A DNA stretch of 64,000 bases from Ignavibacteriota bacterium (lineage in GTDB: Bacteria; Bacteroidota; Ignavibacteria; UBA10030; CAVZMI01): contig CAVZMI010000007.1 in the NCBI GenBank assembly GCA_963776275.1, positions 1 through 64,000 on the forward strand, written 5' to 3'. How positions within the stretch are numbered: the first letter of the stretch is position 1; the number at the start of each line of letters is the position of its first letter. Below the pieces are notes generated by a model, which saw only the letters and a program-made list of their open reading frames with translations, had not been told where the DNA came from and searched no databases. Below are positions 49,602-60,535 of the stretch, one piece after another. Both the position numbers and the translations under genes were made by a program.

Positions 49602-50924
49602 CTAGCGATTCCTTTTAAGTTCTCGAATGCGGTTCGTAAGAGCAGGGACAACTTCAAAAAGGTTTCCCACGATTCCGTAATGGGCGATCTGAAAAATGGG
49701 CGCGTCTTTATCACGGTTAATAGCGATTATTGTGTCGGAGTTTTGCATCCCAACTAGATGCTGGATGGCTCCGGAAATTCCGCATGCGATGTACACCTTT
49801 GGTCTTACCGTCTTTCCAGTCTGGCCGACCTGGCGTTCCAGAGGCATCCAGCCCGCATCCACAGCGCTGCGTGAAGCTCCAACAACTCCTCCCAGCTCAT
49901 CCGCCAATTCCTGGAGGAGCGCAAAGTTATCCTTGGCCATCATCCCTCGGCCGCCAGAGATGATGAAATCAGCGCTGGCAATGTCGACGAGCTCTTTATG
50001 TTTGGCATCAGAGAGAATCTCGAGGACTTGGGCCAAAACATTCTCCTCTTGAATGGGGCAGGTCTCTCTGATTATTTCCCCCTGCTTTCCAGTTTTATAT
50101 TCTGGCATTGGCATAACGTGGGGACGTACTGTTGCCATCTGCGGTCGAAACTTTTCGCAGAGAATGCTGGCCATTATGTTGCCGCCGAAGGCCGGTCGGG
50201 TTTGAAGCAAATGTCCCTTATCCGTTATGGAGAGGCCGGTACAGTCTGCCGTCAGACCAGTTTTTAGCCTGGTTGCCACAGCCCCAGCCAAATCTCTTCC
50301 TAACCCTGTGGCTCCCATAAGCAGGATTTCGGGTTTATATTTCTCCACAAGATAGACAACACCTTCGAGATAAGATACCGTGCGGTAATTCTTAAAAATC
50401 GGTGCATCAAGGAGATAAGCCTGCTGTACGCCATAGGCGAATGCTTCCTGACAGAGGTGTTCGACTCCATGACCGATGACAACCGCGGCAAGCCCCACAT
50501 TCAGACTCTTGGCCAGGTTGGCACCCACTCCAAGCAGCTCCCAGGATACCTTAGCCGACTCCCCTTCTGTCTGTTCGACGAAAATCCACACTCCCTTATA
50601 GGGAGCAATTCTCTGAGCTACAGTCGCTTGCTCTTCATCAACTTCTTCGACAGTCGCGGCAGGCTTGGCTTTCTTTTTGAACTCTTCTAGAATTTTCAAT
50701 TCTTCAGGAGTGAAGAACATTTCCAAGGCATCAACAGGGCAAACTTTCAGACACTTGATGCATCCGATACAATTGGGGATAATAATGATAGGCTCGCCCC
50801 GATCATTCATCTCGATAGCATCTGTAGGGCAAACAACCTGGCAGCGCGCTCCGCAGGCGATACATTTACCCTCAATTAACCTGGCTTTGCCTCGAGGTTT
50901 TTTAATCGGTTTCTCCACCGTCAA
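49602..50924 (-). CDS. etfA: Electron transfer flavoprotein alpha subunit with N-terminal 2x[4Fe-4S] domain
   Basis: CIACGARCQVVCP/CIGCIKCLKVCP, GLTADCT, QVGQTG and GISGAIQH motifs. Confidence 0.92.
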   Translation of the reverse strand: MTVEKPIKKPRGKARLIEGKCIACGARCQVVCPTDAIEMNDRGEPIIIIPNCIGCIKCLKVCPVDALEMFFTPEELKILEEFKKKAKPAATVEEVDEEQATVAQRIAPYKGVWIFVEQTEGESAKVSWELLGVGANLAKSLNVGLAAVVIGHGVEHLCQEAFAYGVQQAYLLDAPIFKNYRTVSYLEGVVYLVEKYKPEILLMGATGLGRDLAGAVATRLKTGLTADCTGLSITDKGHLLQTRPAFGGNIMASILCEKFRPQMATVRPHVMPMPEYKTGKQGEIIRETCPIQEENVLAQVLEILSDAKHKELVDIASADFIISGGRGMMAKDNFALLQELADELGGVVGASRSAVDAGWMPLERQVGQTGKTVRPKVYIACGISGAIQHLVGMQNSDTIIAINRDKDAPIFQIAHYGIVGNLFEVVPALTNRIRELKRNR

Positions 50925-50939
50925 TCCTCAACATAAAAG

Positions 50940-51752
50940 TCAAAAATTAAGAATTTCCTTCTGAATGAGCTTCTGAACCAGAAGCTCAACCGCTCCTTCA
51001 GGGTCTTTGATTCCATCTCCGAGAATTTCCCCCTTCTCGCGCTCGGGGGAAAATATTTTCGTGACCCACGTGGGTGATCCCCTTAGGCCGACAGAGAATG
51101 TATCCAGATTCAACACCCTATTATCCCAGATTTTAACTTCTGCTTCCTCTGAGAGAAGTCGTCTTGGAACGTTAGGATAGCGGGGGCGGTTTATTTCTCT
51201 GACGACTGTGAGCAGTACCGGGAGTGGGGCTTCGACGATCTCATGCCTTCCTTCGAGTTTCCTTCTTACCCTGATCTTCTTGGCTTCAGAATCGAGATGC
51301 TCAATCCTGTCTACAAGGGTGAGCTGGATATAATTGAGGCGGGTAGCGATTCCAGGCCCAACCTGGGCGGTATCCCCGTCTATCGTCTGTTTACCGCAGA
51401 TGACAAGTCCAACTTCCTCTTTCTGGGAAAGTTTTTGGATGGTTGCAGAGAGGACGTGACTTGTGGCCAGGGTATCCGCTCCAGCAAAAACGCGGTCAGA
51501 AAGGAGAATCGCCTCATCCACTCCGAGGGCAAGGGCTTTTCTCAGAGTTGCCTCCGCATTGGGAGGGCCCATCGAGATCGCTACCACTTTGAATCCAAAC
51601 CTGTCTTTTAGCCTTAGGCTTTCTTCCAGAGCATGAGTGTCATAAGGATTGATGATAAATGGAATTCCCTCGCGCACCAGAGTATTGGTCACAGGATCCA
51701 TTTTCACCTGCGTAGTATCCGGGACTTGTTTGATGCAAGCTACGACTAACAT
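50940..51752 (-). CDS. etfB: Electron transfer flavoprotein beta subunit
   Basis: CIKQVPD, ADTLATS and GKQTIDGDTAQVG motifs. Confidence 0.93.
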   Translation of the reverse strand: MLVVACIKQVPDTTQVKMDPVTNTLVREGIPFIINPYDTHALEESLRLKDRFGFKVVAISMGPPNAEATLRKALALGVDEAILLSDRVFAGADTLATSHVLSATIQKLSQKEEVGLVICGKQTIDGDTAQVGPGIATRLNYIQLTLVDRIEHLDSEAKKIRVRRKLEGRHEIVEAPLPVLLTVVREINRPRYPNVPRRLLSEEAEVKIWDNRVLNLDTFSVGLRGSPTWVTKIFSPEREKGEILGDGIKDPEGAVELLVQKLIQKEILNF

Positions 51753-51865
51753 ACTTCCTTTCTTCCTTTCCCGAAGCTGTCTAAAAAGTAATTTTCCCCC
51801 CGATAACCTGGCAGAAGCAAAATTTCAATGTTACTTTTTCCGAATTGTGCATCAAGTAAACCCAT
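51746..51865 (-). pseudogene. Possible 5' remnant of nuoB
   Basis: MGLLDAQFGKSNI directly after nuoA resembles NuoB N-termini of this lineage (from recall), then the sequence diverges. Confidence 0.35.
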
Positions 51866-51936
51866 ACGGGTGTCCTTCAAATAAAAACGTCCCAAAAAAA
51901 ATAAGGAAGGAGAGCACCGGCTCTCCTTCGCACATT

Positions 51937-52368
51937 TCAAACAGATATTTCTTCTTCGGATGGCGCAACGACACCGACGCCCGGCTCATAATGAGGCAGA
52001 CAAGGGGCCGGTTTGTCCCAGTCCAGATCACCCTTCGTCCATGCATAGACGAAACCGACGCCAAGGATAACAATGAAGACAACCATCTCGAGAAATGCGA
52101 ACATCCCCAACTGTTTGAATACCAACGCCCACGGAAAGAGGAAAACTACTTCCACATCAAAGATGAGGAAGATGAGAGCAACTACATAGAAACGAATGTT
52201 GAAGCGGATCCACGGACTACCCACAGGCGATTCGCCGCATTCATACGTTGTAAGTTTCAGTGTTGACGGCCTTTTAGGCCGCAGTATCCATGTTGCTAAA
52301 AACCCCAGCGCTACAAAAACCCCACCCACGATAAAAAACAGAAGAACTCGCCCAAAGTCGGTAAACAT
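51937..52368 (-). CDS. nuoA: NADH-quinone oxidoreductase subunit A
   Basis: [28 protein letters not shown] and KGDLDW motifs. Confidence 0.93.
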   Translation of the reverse strand: MFTDFGRVLLFFIVGGVFVALGFLATWILRPKRPSTLKLTTYECGESPVGSPWIRFNIRFYVVALIFLIFDVEVVFLFPWALVFKQLGMFAFLEMVVFIVILGVGFVYAWTKGDLDWDKPAPCLPHYEPGVGVVAPSEEEISV

Positions 52369-52643
52369 CAGGCTTTTTATCTCCAGAGAAAATGGATTGT
52401 CTTGAAATAAAATTTAAGCTATAAAAATGTACGAAGAGATGGAAGAAGAATCAAGATAAAAAAATGATCTATGAAAGCTCTGAACATTTTCGATTTCGGA
52501 TTTATGATTTCCGAGTTTACTGTATAAATGTAATTTTGAAGCTACGTTATACCCTGAATGGATAGAGGATAATCCTTAATACAGAATAGTATCAACAACA
52601 AACACTGATATTTCTCTCTTTATGCATCGGTGTTCTGTCATAA

Positions 52644-53594
52644 TTATTTTTTCTGCATCGTTAAATACTTATCAAAAAAGGCAATAACCCTCACAAAAAA
52701 TTCGGGATAGTTGTACATATCCGGACCATTTCTGCCGCCATGTTCTGCGCCGGGGACAATCCACAATTCTTTCGGTCCTTTGAGCATCTTGAAAATATTT
52801 TCGGACATCCACGCCGGCGTACGAACATCTTTTTCACCGACGATCAAATACGCCGGTTTATTCATGCTTTTTGCACCATTTATCGGCAGTAATTCTTCCG
52901 GATAATCCCCCGGTGCCTTAAATGTTCTTGAAGAATCAAGCTTATTCACTATTGGAATTAAGTCATTGAACAACGTCATTAAGGCCCTACCGCAATAGAC
53001 AGCTATATCGTTTCTTTTCACCGCCATGCCGAATGAAAGATATGCACCCGTGGAAAAGCCAAGGACGCCGATTCTCGAAGTATCGACTTCAGGGCGTCGC
53101 TTTATATAATCGATTGCGGCATCATAATCTTTAAGAAATTCACTGTAACAGAGAAGATCCTGATCGACCGGCCAATCCGAGCTGCCGCCAAATCCGCGCC
53201 AGTCAAAAGTAAAGACATTATATCTTTTCGAAAAAAAATGATATGCATAGAAGATGAAGTAGGTCATATTCCCGCCATCGCCATCGCAAATGATGATGGT
53301 TGCACGTTTTTCTTGATATTTAGCGGCATACTCTCTCGGTTTACATTTTAACTCTTGCGGAACGGGAATAACTCTCCCAATGAGACTGTTGGCAATACCG
53401 CTTGTATCCTGTGCAGGGAAGAACCAGCCTTTTAAGTTTAAGCCGTCTGCAGTTTTGAAAGTAACCTCTTCATAAATTATTCCATAATCAGATGGAATAG
53501 CCTTGTACTCTCTTTCAGGTTTGAGGCTATATGAGATCGATGCAGTCAGGCATATGAGTGCAACTAACACGGGAAAAAGGATTGATAATTTCAT
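52644..53594 (-). CDS. Secreted alpha/beta hydrolase
   Basis: DWRGFGGS, GFSTG nucleophile elbow, GEKD and GAEH motifs. Confidence 0.85.
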   Translation of the reverse strand: MKLSILFPVLVALICLTASISYSLKPEREYKAIPSDYGIIYEEVTFKTADGLNLKGWFFPAQDTSGIANSLIGRVIPVPQELKCKPREYAAKYQEKRATIIICDGDGGNMTYFIFYAYHFFSKRYNVFTFDWRGFGGSSDWPVDQDLLCYSEFLKDYDAAIDYIKRRPEVDTSRIGVLGFSTGAYLSFGMAVKRNDIAVYCGRALMTLFNDLIPIVNKLDSSRTFKAPGDYPEELLPINGAKSMNKPAYLIVGEKDVRTPAWMSENIFKMLKGPKELWIVPGAEHGGRNGPDMYNYPEFFVRVIAFFDKYLTMQKK

Positions 53595-53689
53595 TTTAAT
53601 TTTCTTTCATTAAACTGACTGGAGATGAAAATTATCTCCGGGCTGCATCCCCTTAGATGCGCAGAAGCTCCCGTTACTCTCCTATTCTC

Positions 53690-55750
53690 TTATCTTACCA
53701 GTACAAGTTTCTTCGTTTCCGAAAATGTTCCTGATTCCAGCCGATAGAGATATACTCCACTTGCAGCGTCTTTTGGACTCCACTCGGAAGAATACGAGCC
53801 TGCCTGAAGATGCCGGGAAACCAGCATCTCGATTTCCTGCCCTAACAGGTTGTAGATTTTCAACGTAGTATAACCCGGCTTTGGTATATGAAAGTGAATT
53901 ATCGTAGTCGGGTTGAATGGATTCGGAAAGTTTTGCTCCAGGATGCAGCTCTCTGGCACCGGGGCGCGTAGATCTTCAATAGAAGTTGAAAACTCGGTTA
54001 AGGGTCTGCGCCACACTCCCTGGCCGTTGGTACCAGCAATGAGTTCGGAGCCACTTACAGTTAAGGCGTTCACTTTCTTAAACGTCAAGCCTGAATTTAC
54101 TTCATTCCAGTGACCACCGTTGTCGTCGGTAACGAAGGCACCGCCCATGGTCCCGGTGAAAAGATAGGATCCGCTTATCGCAAAGGAAAGGATGTTTTGA
54201 TTAGTTAAATTTGTATTGACATGTGTCCAGCTGTCACCATCATTGGTGGATAGATAGACACCGCCACTGGAAGTTCCGGAAAAGAGATTGACACCGTTAG
54301 CGATAATAGCAACTACGTCTGGAGGCACCAAACCTGAAGATTTTTGTGTCCAATGAGCGCCATTGTCGGTCGATAGAAAGAGACCACCGCCCCACGTCCC
54401 GGCATAGGTATCCCATCCATTGACAGCAAGAGAATAAATAAGCGTGTTTGTCAAACCGGTATTGACCTGTGTCCAATTGCCACCACTGTTCGTGGTAAGA
54501 TAGACACCACTCATTGTGCCGGCGAAGAGATTCGTCCCGTTGGCGGCGAGGACAGAGACATACATGTTTGTCAAACCTGTACTAACCTGAGTCCAAAAAC
54601 CGCCGCTGTTGGCTGAAAGAAAGACACCGCCGCCAGCTGTCCCGGCAAAGAGATTTGTGCCGCTAACTGCAAGCGCACGAACATCAGTAGCTGTCAGTCC
54701 GGTATTGACTTGAGTCCAACTGGTTCCGTTATCAAGAGAGAGGAAAACGCCGCCTGTTGTCCCGGCAAAGAGATGGGTACCAATCGTCGCAAGAGCATTT
54801 ACATTGGAATTCTTCAATCCTATGCTGACCTGGAGCCAGCTGGTGCCGTTGTTTGTCGAAAGGAAAACACCGCCGTAGGTACCGGCAAAGAGGTTCCAAC
54901 CGCTTACTGCAAGGGCACAAACATAAGTACTTGTCAGTCCTGTAACTACCGGAGTCCAGCTGGTCCCGTTGTTTGTAGATAAATAGACACCGTTGTTGGT
55001 GCCGATGAACGTATTGGTGCCGCTAACCGCAATTGCATAAACAGGATTAATTGGTATTCCTGTGGTTACATTCGTCCAACTGGTTCCGTTATCTGAGGTA
55101 AGATATATTCCAAACCCAGTACCAGCGAAGAGATTTGTACCGCTGACCGCAAAAGATAAAATGGTGGTATGTGTCAAACCCGAATCGACCGGAGACCAGC
55201 TCGTTCCGTTATCAGTTGAAAGGAAGACTCCTTCGAGGGTACCGGCAAAGAGACTTGTGCCGAGAGCCGCAAGAGCATGAACAGAAACACTTGTCAGGCC
55301 TGCACTAGCGGAAGTCCAGCTATCGCCGTTATCGGTCGAAAGGAATACTCCATTCAAAGTTCCGGCATAGAGATTGCCGCCGCTGACCGCAAGCGAGTAC
55401 ACAATACTCGTTGTTATACCTGTACTGACCTTGGTCCAACTGTCCCCGTTATCTGTGGAAAGAAAGACGCCGCCATCAGTCCCGGCAAATATATTCGTGC
55501 CGCTGATTACTAAAGCATTAACATAACTATTTGTTAAACCGGTATTAATAGAAGACCAACTACTCCCATTATCAGTGGAAAGAAAGGCACCGCCTCCTTC
55601 TGTCCCGGCGTATAGATTCGAACCGCTGATTGCCAGGGTATTCACAATACCGCCATACGGTCCGCTGGTTTGTATCCACTGAGCTTTAATTGCGCGTTCG
55701 GGAAATATGAGAATCAGTATGACCGCGAGCAGGGAAATAAAATGTCTCAT
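53690..55750 (-). CDS. BNR/Asp-box repeat protein with T9SS CTD
   Basis: About 14 repeats of LFAGT.GGVFLST.NG.SW; QNFPNPFNP. Confidence 0.9.
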   Translation of the reverse strand: MRHFISLLAVILILIFPERAIKAQWIQTSGPYGGIVNTLAISGSNLYAGTEGGGAFLSTDNGSSWSSINTGLTNSYVNALVISGTNIFAGTDGGVFLSTDNGDSWTKVSTGITTSIVYSLAVSGGNLYAGTLNGVFLSTDNGDSWTSASAGLTSVSVHALAALGTSLFAGTLEGVFLSTDNGTSWSPVDSGLTHTTILSFAVSGTNLFAGTGFGIYLTSDNGTSWTNVTTGIPINPVYAIAVSGTNTFIGTNNGVYLSTNNGTSWTPVVTGLTSTYVCALAVSGWNLFAGTYGGVFLSTNNGTSWLQVSIGLKNSNVNALATIGTHLFAGTTGGVFLSLDNGTSWTQVNTGLTATDVRALAVSGTNLFAGTAGGGVFLSANSGGFWTQVSTGLTNMYVSVLAANGTNLFAGTMSGVYLTTNSGGNWTQVNTGLTNTLIYSLAVNGWDTYAGTWGGGLFLSTDNGAHWTQKSSGLVPPDVVAIIANGVNLFSGTSSGGVYLSTNDGDSWTHVNTNLTNQNILSFAISGSYLFTGTMGGAFVTDDNGGHWNEVNSGLTFKKVNALTVSGSELIAGTNGQGVWRRPLTEFSTSIEDLRAPVPESCILEQNFPNPFNPTTIIHFHIPKPGYTTLKIYNLLGQEIEMLVSRHLQAGSYSSEWSPKDAASGVYLYRLESGTFSETKKLVLVR

Positions 55751-56081
55751 GGTATGGCTCCCTATTTTGTGGGTGAATGAGATAGGCAAATGCAACCGAT
55801 GGATGATAAATTACCCTGCGTCAATCACCCCGATTGAGCACGATATCCGTTTTGAATCGTTTGAATATATATTCCATTTCTATCATCAATTCCCTCGCAT
55901 AAAAAATCATTGAATGCAAAATGTATCGTTTAGTTATTTCATGAGGGGCGGTACCCCTATTTTACTGTAAGTATAAATAGAAAATTATCCATGCAATTTT
56001 AAGGAATTGCTCTTTGAAATGCAATTAATGCTCAGAAAAAGCCGTGAAGATTGCCGATTTTCGGGTCTCGTATCTAAGACT

Positions 56082-56789
56082 TTACTTCTTCTCTCCTATG
56101 GGCATAATATATAACGGCCGCTCTTTCTCCGCCATATTCATAATTCTTCTTACGTCCTCATCATGAAAAGCTCCTATAACGACTGTTCCCAAATTGAGTG
56201 CTACTGCTTGCAAAGAAACATTCTCGGCTGCATGTCCAACTTCAATATGCACATATCGTTCAGTACGTTCTCCGTATTTTACACTGGTGCGTTCGTACAC
56301 TGCAGAGAATACGATGCATGCGGCGGCCTCTTTGATCGAAGACTGGCGAAGTGCAGCATCATAGATTTCGTTTCGTTTATCACCTTCACCGACTTTCACC
56401 AGTTCATGCCCTACAGGTTTATATTTATATATTCCAGTTGGAAGATCTTTGACATTTCCGGCAACAAGATAGACCTCGAGCGGATAGAGAGCTCCGGCAG
56501 ATGGAGCTGTTCTGAGACCATCCTTCGGTTCGGTAATTCCCTGAGCCGCCCAGAGAAGCTGTGATATCTCGGCTATTGTGAGCGGCACATTGTTGAATTC
56601 TCGGACCGATCTTCTATCATGTAAGGCTTTTTCGACCGAGGTTTTACCGTCATATTTCGGCTGTGGTAGTTTTATTATTTCCGGATCGGATTTCGTTTTC
56701 ATATCCTGTGGAATTAATTTGGTAGTTAATAGTATGATTACACACATTAGGAGTACAAATATAATTGATGTGTGTTTCTTTATTTTCAT
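56082..56789 (-). CDS. SagB/ThcOx-family nitroreductase-fold protein
   Basis: RRSVREF, LLWAAQG, RTAPSAGALYPLE and EVGHAAEN motifs. Confidence 0.9.
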   Translation of the reverse strand: MKIKKHTSIIFVLLMCVIILLTTKLIPQDMKTKSDPEIIKLPQPKYDGKTSVEKALHDRRSVREFNNVPLTIAEISQLLWAAQGITEPKDGLRTAPSAGALYPLEVYLVAGNVKDLPTGIYKYKPVGHELVKVGEGDKRNEIYDAALRQSSIKEAAACIVFSAVYERTSVKYGERTERYVHIEVGHAAENVSLQAVALNLGTVVIGAFHDEDVRRIMNMAEKERPLYIMPIGEKK

Positions 56790-56889
56790 GACAGACCTTA
56801 AGAACTACAGCGCGATTGTACGAAATTGTGATTCGAAATGCAACTGTAGGTGATAAACAGCCAATTTTTGGGTTTTATTTGCTTCTGAT

Positions 56890-56918
56890 TTGTACCTATT
56901 CAATCCATTTTGTACATT
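56890..56918 (+). promoter_or_regulatory. Putative argH promoter
   Basis: TTGTAC-N17-TACATT with an extended TG. Confidence 0.45.
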
Positions 56919-57061
56919 GAATATGTAACCTTTGAGGCGACTGAAACGCAGACTGAAACTAGAGTGCCGTCAGCGTAAGGTCTTTGAAGCCTGCGTTTAC
57001 TACAGATCCCTCCTATTCAGAAATCGGAAATATTATAGTCTTTTCATCGAAAGGGCATTGC

Positions 57062-58441
57062 ATGGCACTCTGGAGCGGTCGTTTTAAAGAGCCTCTGTCT
57101 GAAATCGCATTGCGATTCTCTTCTTCGATAGACCTTGACAAGCAGCTCTATCAGGAAGATATAGCCGGCAGCGTTGCGCACATTGAAATGCTTGCCGCTA
57201 CGGGGATCATCCCGGCATCCGACGCAAGGCACATCCGTACCGCTCTTTATCAAATTAAAAAAGAAATCGAAACCGGAAAGCTCCAGCTCTCCTGGGATAA
57301 AGAAGACATTCACATGGCCATCGAGCAGCGGTTAATACAGAAAATCGGACCGATTGGCGGGAAAATCCATACCGCACGAAGCCGAAACGATCAGGTTGGA
57401 CTCGACGAGCGCCTCTATCTCCGGACCGCAATCGGAGAAATTTCAAAGCTACTGGTCAACCTCCAGCGCGTACTAGTTTATAAAGCTAAAAAATATTTCG
57501 GACTTGTGATACCGGGTTATACTCACCTGCAGAGAGCACAGCCGATCCTTTTTTCACATCATCTACTCGCGTATATTTCGATGCTTGAACGCGACCATGA
57601 ACGGCTCAATGACTGCCTGAAACGTATCAACCGGTTACCACTCGGGGCGGCCGCGGTTGCAGGAACATCCCTCCCTATCGATCGTGCCATGGTGGCCAGA
57701 AAGCTGGGGTTCACCTCAGTCCTCGAAAACAGCATTGATGCAACCAGCGACCGTGATTACATCATCGAGTTCCTTGCGGCCGCGAGCATTATTATAATGC
57801 ACCTGAGCCGACTCGGCGAGGAATTGGTATTGTGGAGTTCGCGGGAATTCGACTTTGCGCAGATAAGCGATGCATATACTACCGGCTCAAGCATCATGCC
57901 GCAAAAGAAGAATCCTGATATGGCAGAACTAATGCGCGGGAAAAGCGGACGGGTTTTCGGCAACCTGATAGCTATGCTCACAATCATGAAGGGGCTCCCG
58001 CTGGCATACAACCGCGATTTACAGGAAGATAAAGGTCCGCTGTTCGATACTGTTGCCACAATACGGCAGACGCTCCATATCGCGTCGCACATCCTTGTCC
58101 ATACAAAATTCAATAAGAACCGATTCATAAAAGAAATGGAGACCGATTTTCTTACGGCGACCGACGTTGCCGAGTATCTCGTTACAAAGGGCGTTCCGTT
58201 CCGCGAGTCACATTCAATTACCGGCAAACTTGTTACATACTGCATGGAACACAAGAAACCGATGAGCGCTCTGACTCTCAAAGAGCTTCACCACTATTCA
58301 AAAGAATTTTCGAAAGATGTTTTTGATGCCATCGATCCACAGAAGAGCGTTGAACGAAAGAAATCTGCAGGAAGCACTTCGCCGCAGGAAGTGAAAAAGC
58401 AAATAATACACTGGATGAAGCTGCTTAAAAGCAAAAAATAG
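57062..58441 (+). CDS. argH: Argininosuccinate lyase
   Basis: LWSGRF, HTARSRNDQ, PGYTHLQRAQP, GSSIMPQKKNPD and YNRDLQEDK motifs. Confidence 0.97.
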   Translation: MALWSGRFKEPLSEIALRFSSSIDLDKQLYQEDIAGSVAHIEMLAATGIIPASDARHIRTALYQIKKEIETGKLQLSWDKEDIHMAIEQRLIQKIGPIGGKIHTARSRNDQVGLDERLYLRTAIGEISKLLVNLQRVLVYKAKKYFGLVIPGYTHLQRAQPILFSHHLLAYISMLERDHERLNDCLKRINRLPLGAAAVAGTSLPIDRAMVARKLGFTSVLENSIDATSDRDYIIEFLAAASIIIMHLSRLGEELVLWSSREFDFAQISDAYTTGSSIMPQKKNPDMAELMRGKSGRVFGNLIAMLTIMKGLPLAYNRDLQEDKGPLFDTVATIRQTLHIASHILVHTKFNKNRFIKEMETDFLTATDVAEYLVTKGVPFRESHSITGKLVTYCMEHKKPMSALTLKELHHYSKEFSKDVFDAIDPQKSVERKKSAGSTSPQEVKKQIIHWMKLLKSKK

Positions 58442-58513
58442 TGCGACTCCGTATCTTCTGGATCACGACAAACGAAGGTTCACTGGTATACTAAAACACA
58501 TTATGAATATATT

Positions 58514-59378
58514 ATGACAAAACTCAGAGTTACCCTTATTGCGATATTTTCTTTTATACAAATACTCTATGCAAAACCCGATTCCACTTCAACGACTTGG
58601 ATTGTGAAACCGGAAAAAGTCTCATTTGTTCCCTTTCAGGCCAGTCTCACCGAACCGCGTCTTGGTTTATCGAAAGCCATTACGACAAGCACAATGAAAG
58701 TCGATCTCGGGAATTCAATCGATCTTGCCCGTCTTTACATCAGAAAAGACAATGCAGATGAACAATTATATGCAGCCGGCATTGATTTTTTCACTTTTGT
58801 CCGTGTCACGGGATGGGAAGGACTGCGGCTGCAGGTCGATGCTGCCGATGGCTATTTCGGCGGACATCTAACCCGTACAATACCGACGAGTCATAATGAG
58901 CTGCAGCTCCGTATCCGATTTCTTCATTTGAGTGCGCATTTCATCGACGGACATTTCGATGAGACGTTCGGGGCAGTGGAAGATGAATCGTGAGCCAATT
59001 CCATTCACCCGTGATCTTTCCGATTTCACCATGGCGTATAAATTTGGCGATATACGATTTTATATCCTTCTTGAGCATGCATTCCGGATTCGTCCATTCA
59101 ATCAACGCCGGACATGGTACCAGGCTGGCGGTGAGTGGTTCTTCGGACATTTCAGCAATCAGAATCTTCATCCCTATATCGCACAGGATTTCCGTTTTGT
59201 TGGATTCGAATCTTATAAGACAAATTGTTCATCGATAATCGGAATGAAATGGGGGGAAAAATACGGCGGCGGGATTAATGTTTTTCTTCAGTATTATTCA
59301 GGCATTGGCCCTTTCAGCGAGTATTCCGATATCCCCACCTATGAATGGAATCTCGGTTTTTCAATTGATTACTGGTGA
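58514..59378 (+). CDS. DUF1207-like outer-membrane protein (frameshift near 58960)
   Basis: Signal peptide, EPR and RFLHLSAHFIDG motifs; beta-strand C-terminus ending in W in the second frame. Confidence 0.6.
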
Positions 59379-59409
59379 AAAAGCTTCACAATCTCATTTG
59401 TATAAAAAG

Positions 59410-59448
59410 AAAAAGCGCTGATCGGGCATTTTCTAATCAGCGCTTTTT
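59410..59448. terminator. Bidirectional intrinsic terminator
   Basis: AAAAAGCGCTGAT/ATCAGCGCTTTTT between convergent genes. Confidence 0.75.
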
Positions 59449-59475
59449 ATGAATTTCGGAACAGGTTATCCGACC

Positions 59476-60498
59476 CTATTTAATCCTGATGCTTTCAAGA
59501 ACCTTATCATAAGCCCCCATATAGTCTGCTTCCTGCGGTTTATAATAGCTCAGGGTGAGGCGAATGACACGATCGTTCTTCACGACAAAATAAACACGGC
59601 CGTCGACATTCCCCATCGGGGAATAGACCAGATAGAGAGCTTTCTGACCGTCGATTGTTGTCTGACCTGTTGATCGGGCCCGATATTTTCCCTTATTCTG
59701 TTCGAACACTTTATCGACACTTAATTTCTTTGCATCAAAAACATCAAAATGAATTGCACAATCCTGGCGGGCAGAACTGCGCAGCTCATAGACCATAAGA
59801 TCGTTCCCAATTGGTACGCCTACCGAGTTATAGTTATCAGGATATTTGAACTCGAGATACCTGTCCGAATGTGTAGCAAAATCTGCCGACGGTTTCCCGG
59901 GTTCATTGACAGTTCGCACAAGTTTATGAGCGAGACGAATACTGGTCAGAACCGTATCGATGACAACCTTGTAATCATCAAAAGCTTTCCCGACACCGGT
60001 ATATTCAATATAGGTGGGAACCTCGTCTTTCAACGCAATGATTTGATAGCCATGGAGGGCAATCTTAGACGTTAGTTGAAACATATAACTGATCTTGATT
60101 GCATCCGCGTTTGCAAGCTTGACCGTTTCTTCACCTGTTACTTTGAATTTTTTCGTGGCGATTTTATCCTTTTGAATCGCGGTATACTCCTCAAGGTTCT
60201 TTACTTTTGCCGTATCAATACCGATTTCTATCCATGCACCCGGCTTTTTATTCTTGGCATTCGGATCGAGAAGCCAATCGTATGTATCCTGTGAAGAAAA
60301 AACCGTGAGTTTCGAGCCGGGGGTTGAACTCTTCAACCATTGTTTCGGATAGGTGATGCTGAAATCGAATGCCGGATCCGTATAGGTCTCCAGTTCTCCT
60401 ATAGTAACAGCATCTTTCTTACCGCATCCCTCGATCATCACGAGCATTCCGAGAAACAAAATAATGCATACGGTGACGATTGCTAAACGGTGCTTCAT
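59476..60498 (-). CDS. Lipoprotein with two PsbP-like domains
   Basis: IEGC lipobox; FSITYPKQW and LEFKYPDNY duplicated domain starts; GGAGG RBS. Confidence 0.7.
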   Translation of the reverse strand: MKHRLAIVTVCIILFLGMLVMIEGCGKKDAVTIGELETYTDPAFDFSITYPKQWLKSSTPGSKLTVFSSQDTYDWLLDPNAKNKKPGAWIEIGIDTAKVKNLEEYTAIQKDKIATKKFKVTGEETVKLANADAIKISYMFQLTSKIALHGYQIIALKDEVPTYIEYTGVGKAFDDYKVVIDTVLTSIRLAHKLVRTVNEPGKPSADFATHSDRYLEFKYPDNYNSVGVPIGNDLMVYELRSSARQDCAIHFDVFDAKKLSVDKVFEQNKGKYRARSTGQTTIDGQKALYLVYSPMGNVDGRVYFVVKNDRVIRLTLSYYKPQEADYMGAYDKVLESIRIK

Positions 60499-60535
60499 GT
60501 GATTTCCTCCATGTATATGATAATGTTGAAACAAA

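Noticed and set aside
53900-55680. Tandem DNA repeat as a separate element
   Set aside because: Explained by the Asp-box protein repeats.
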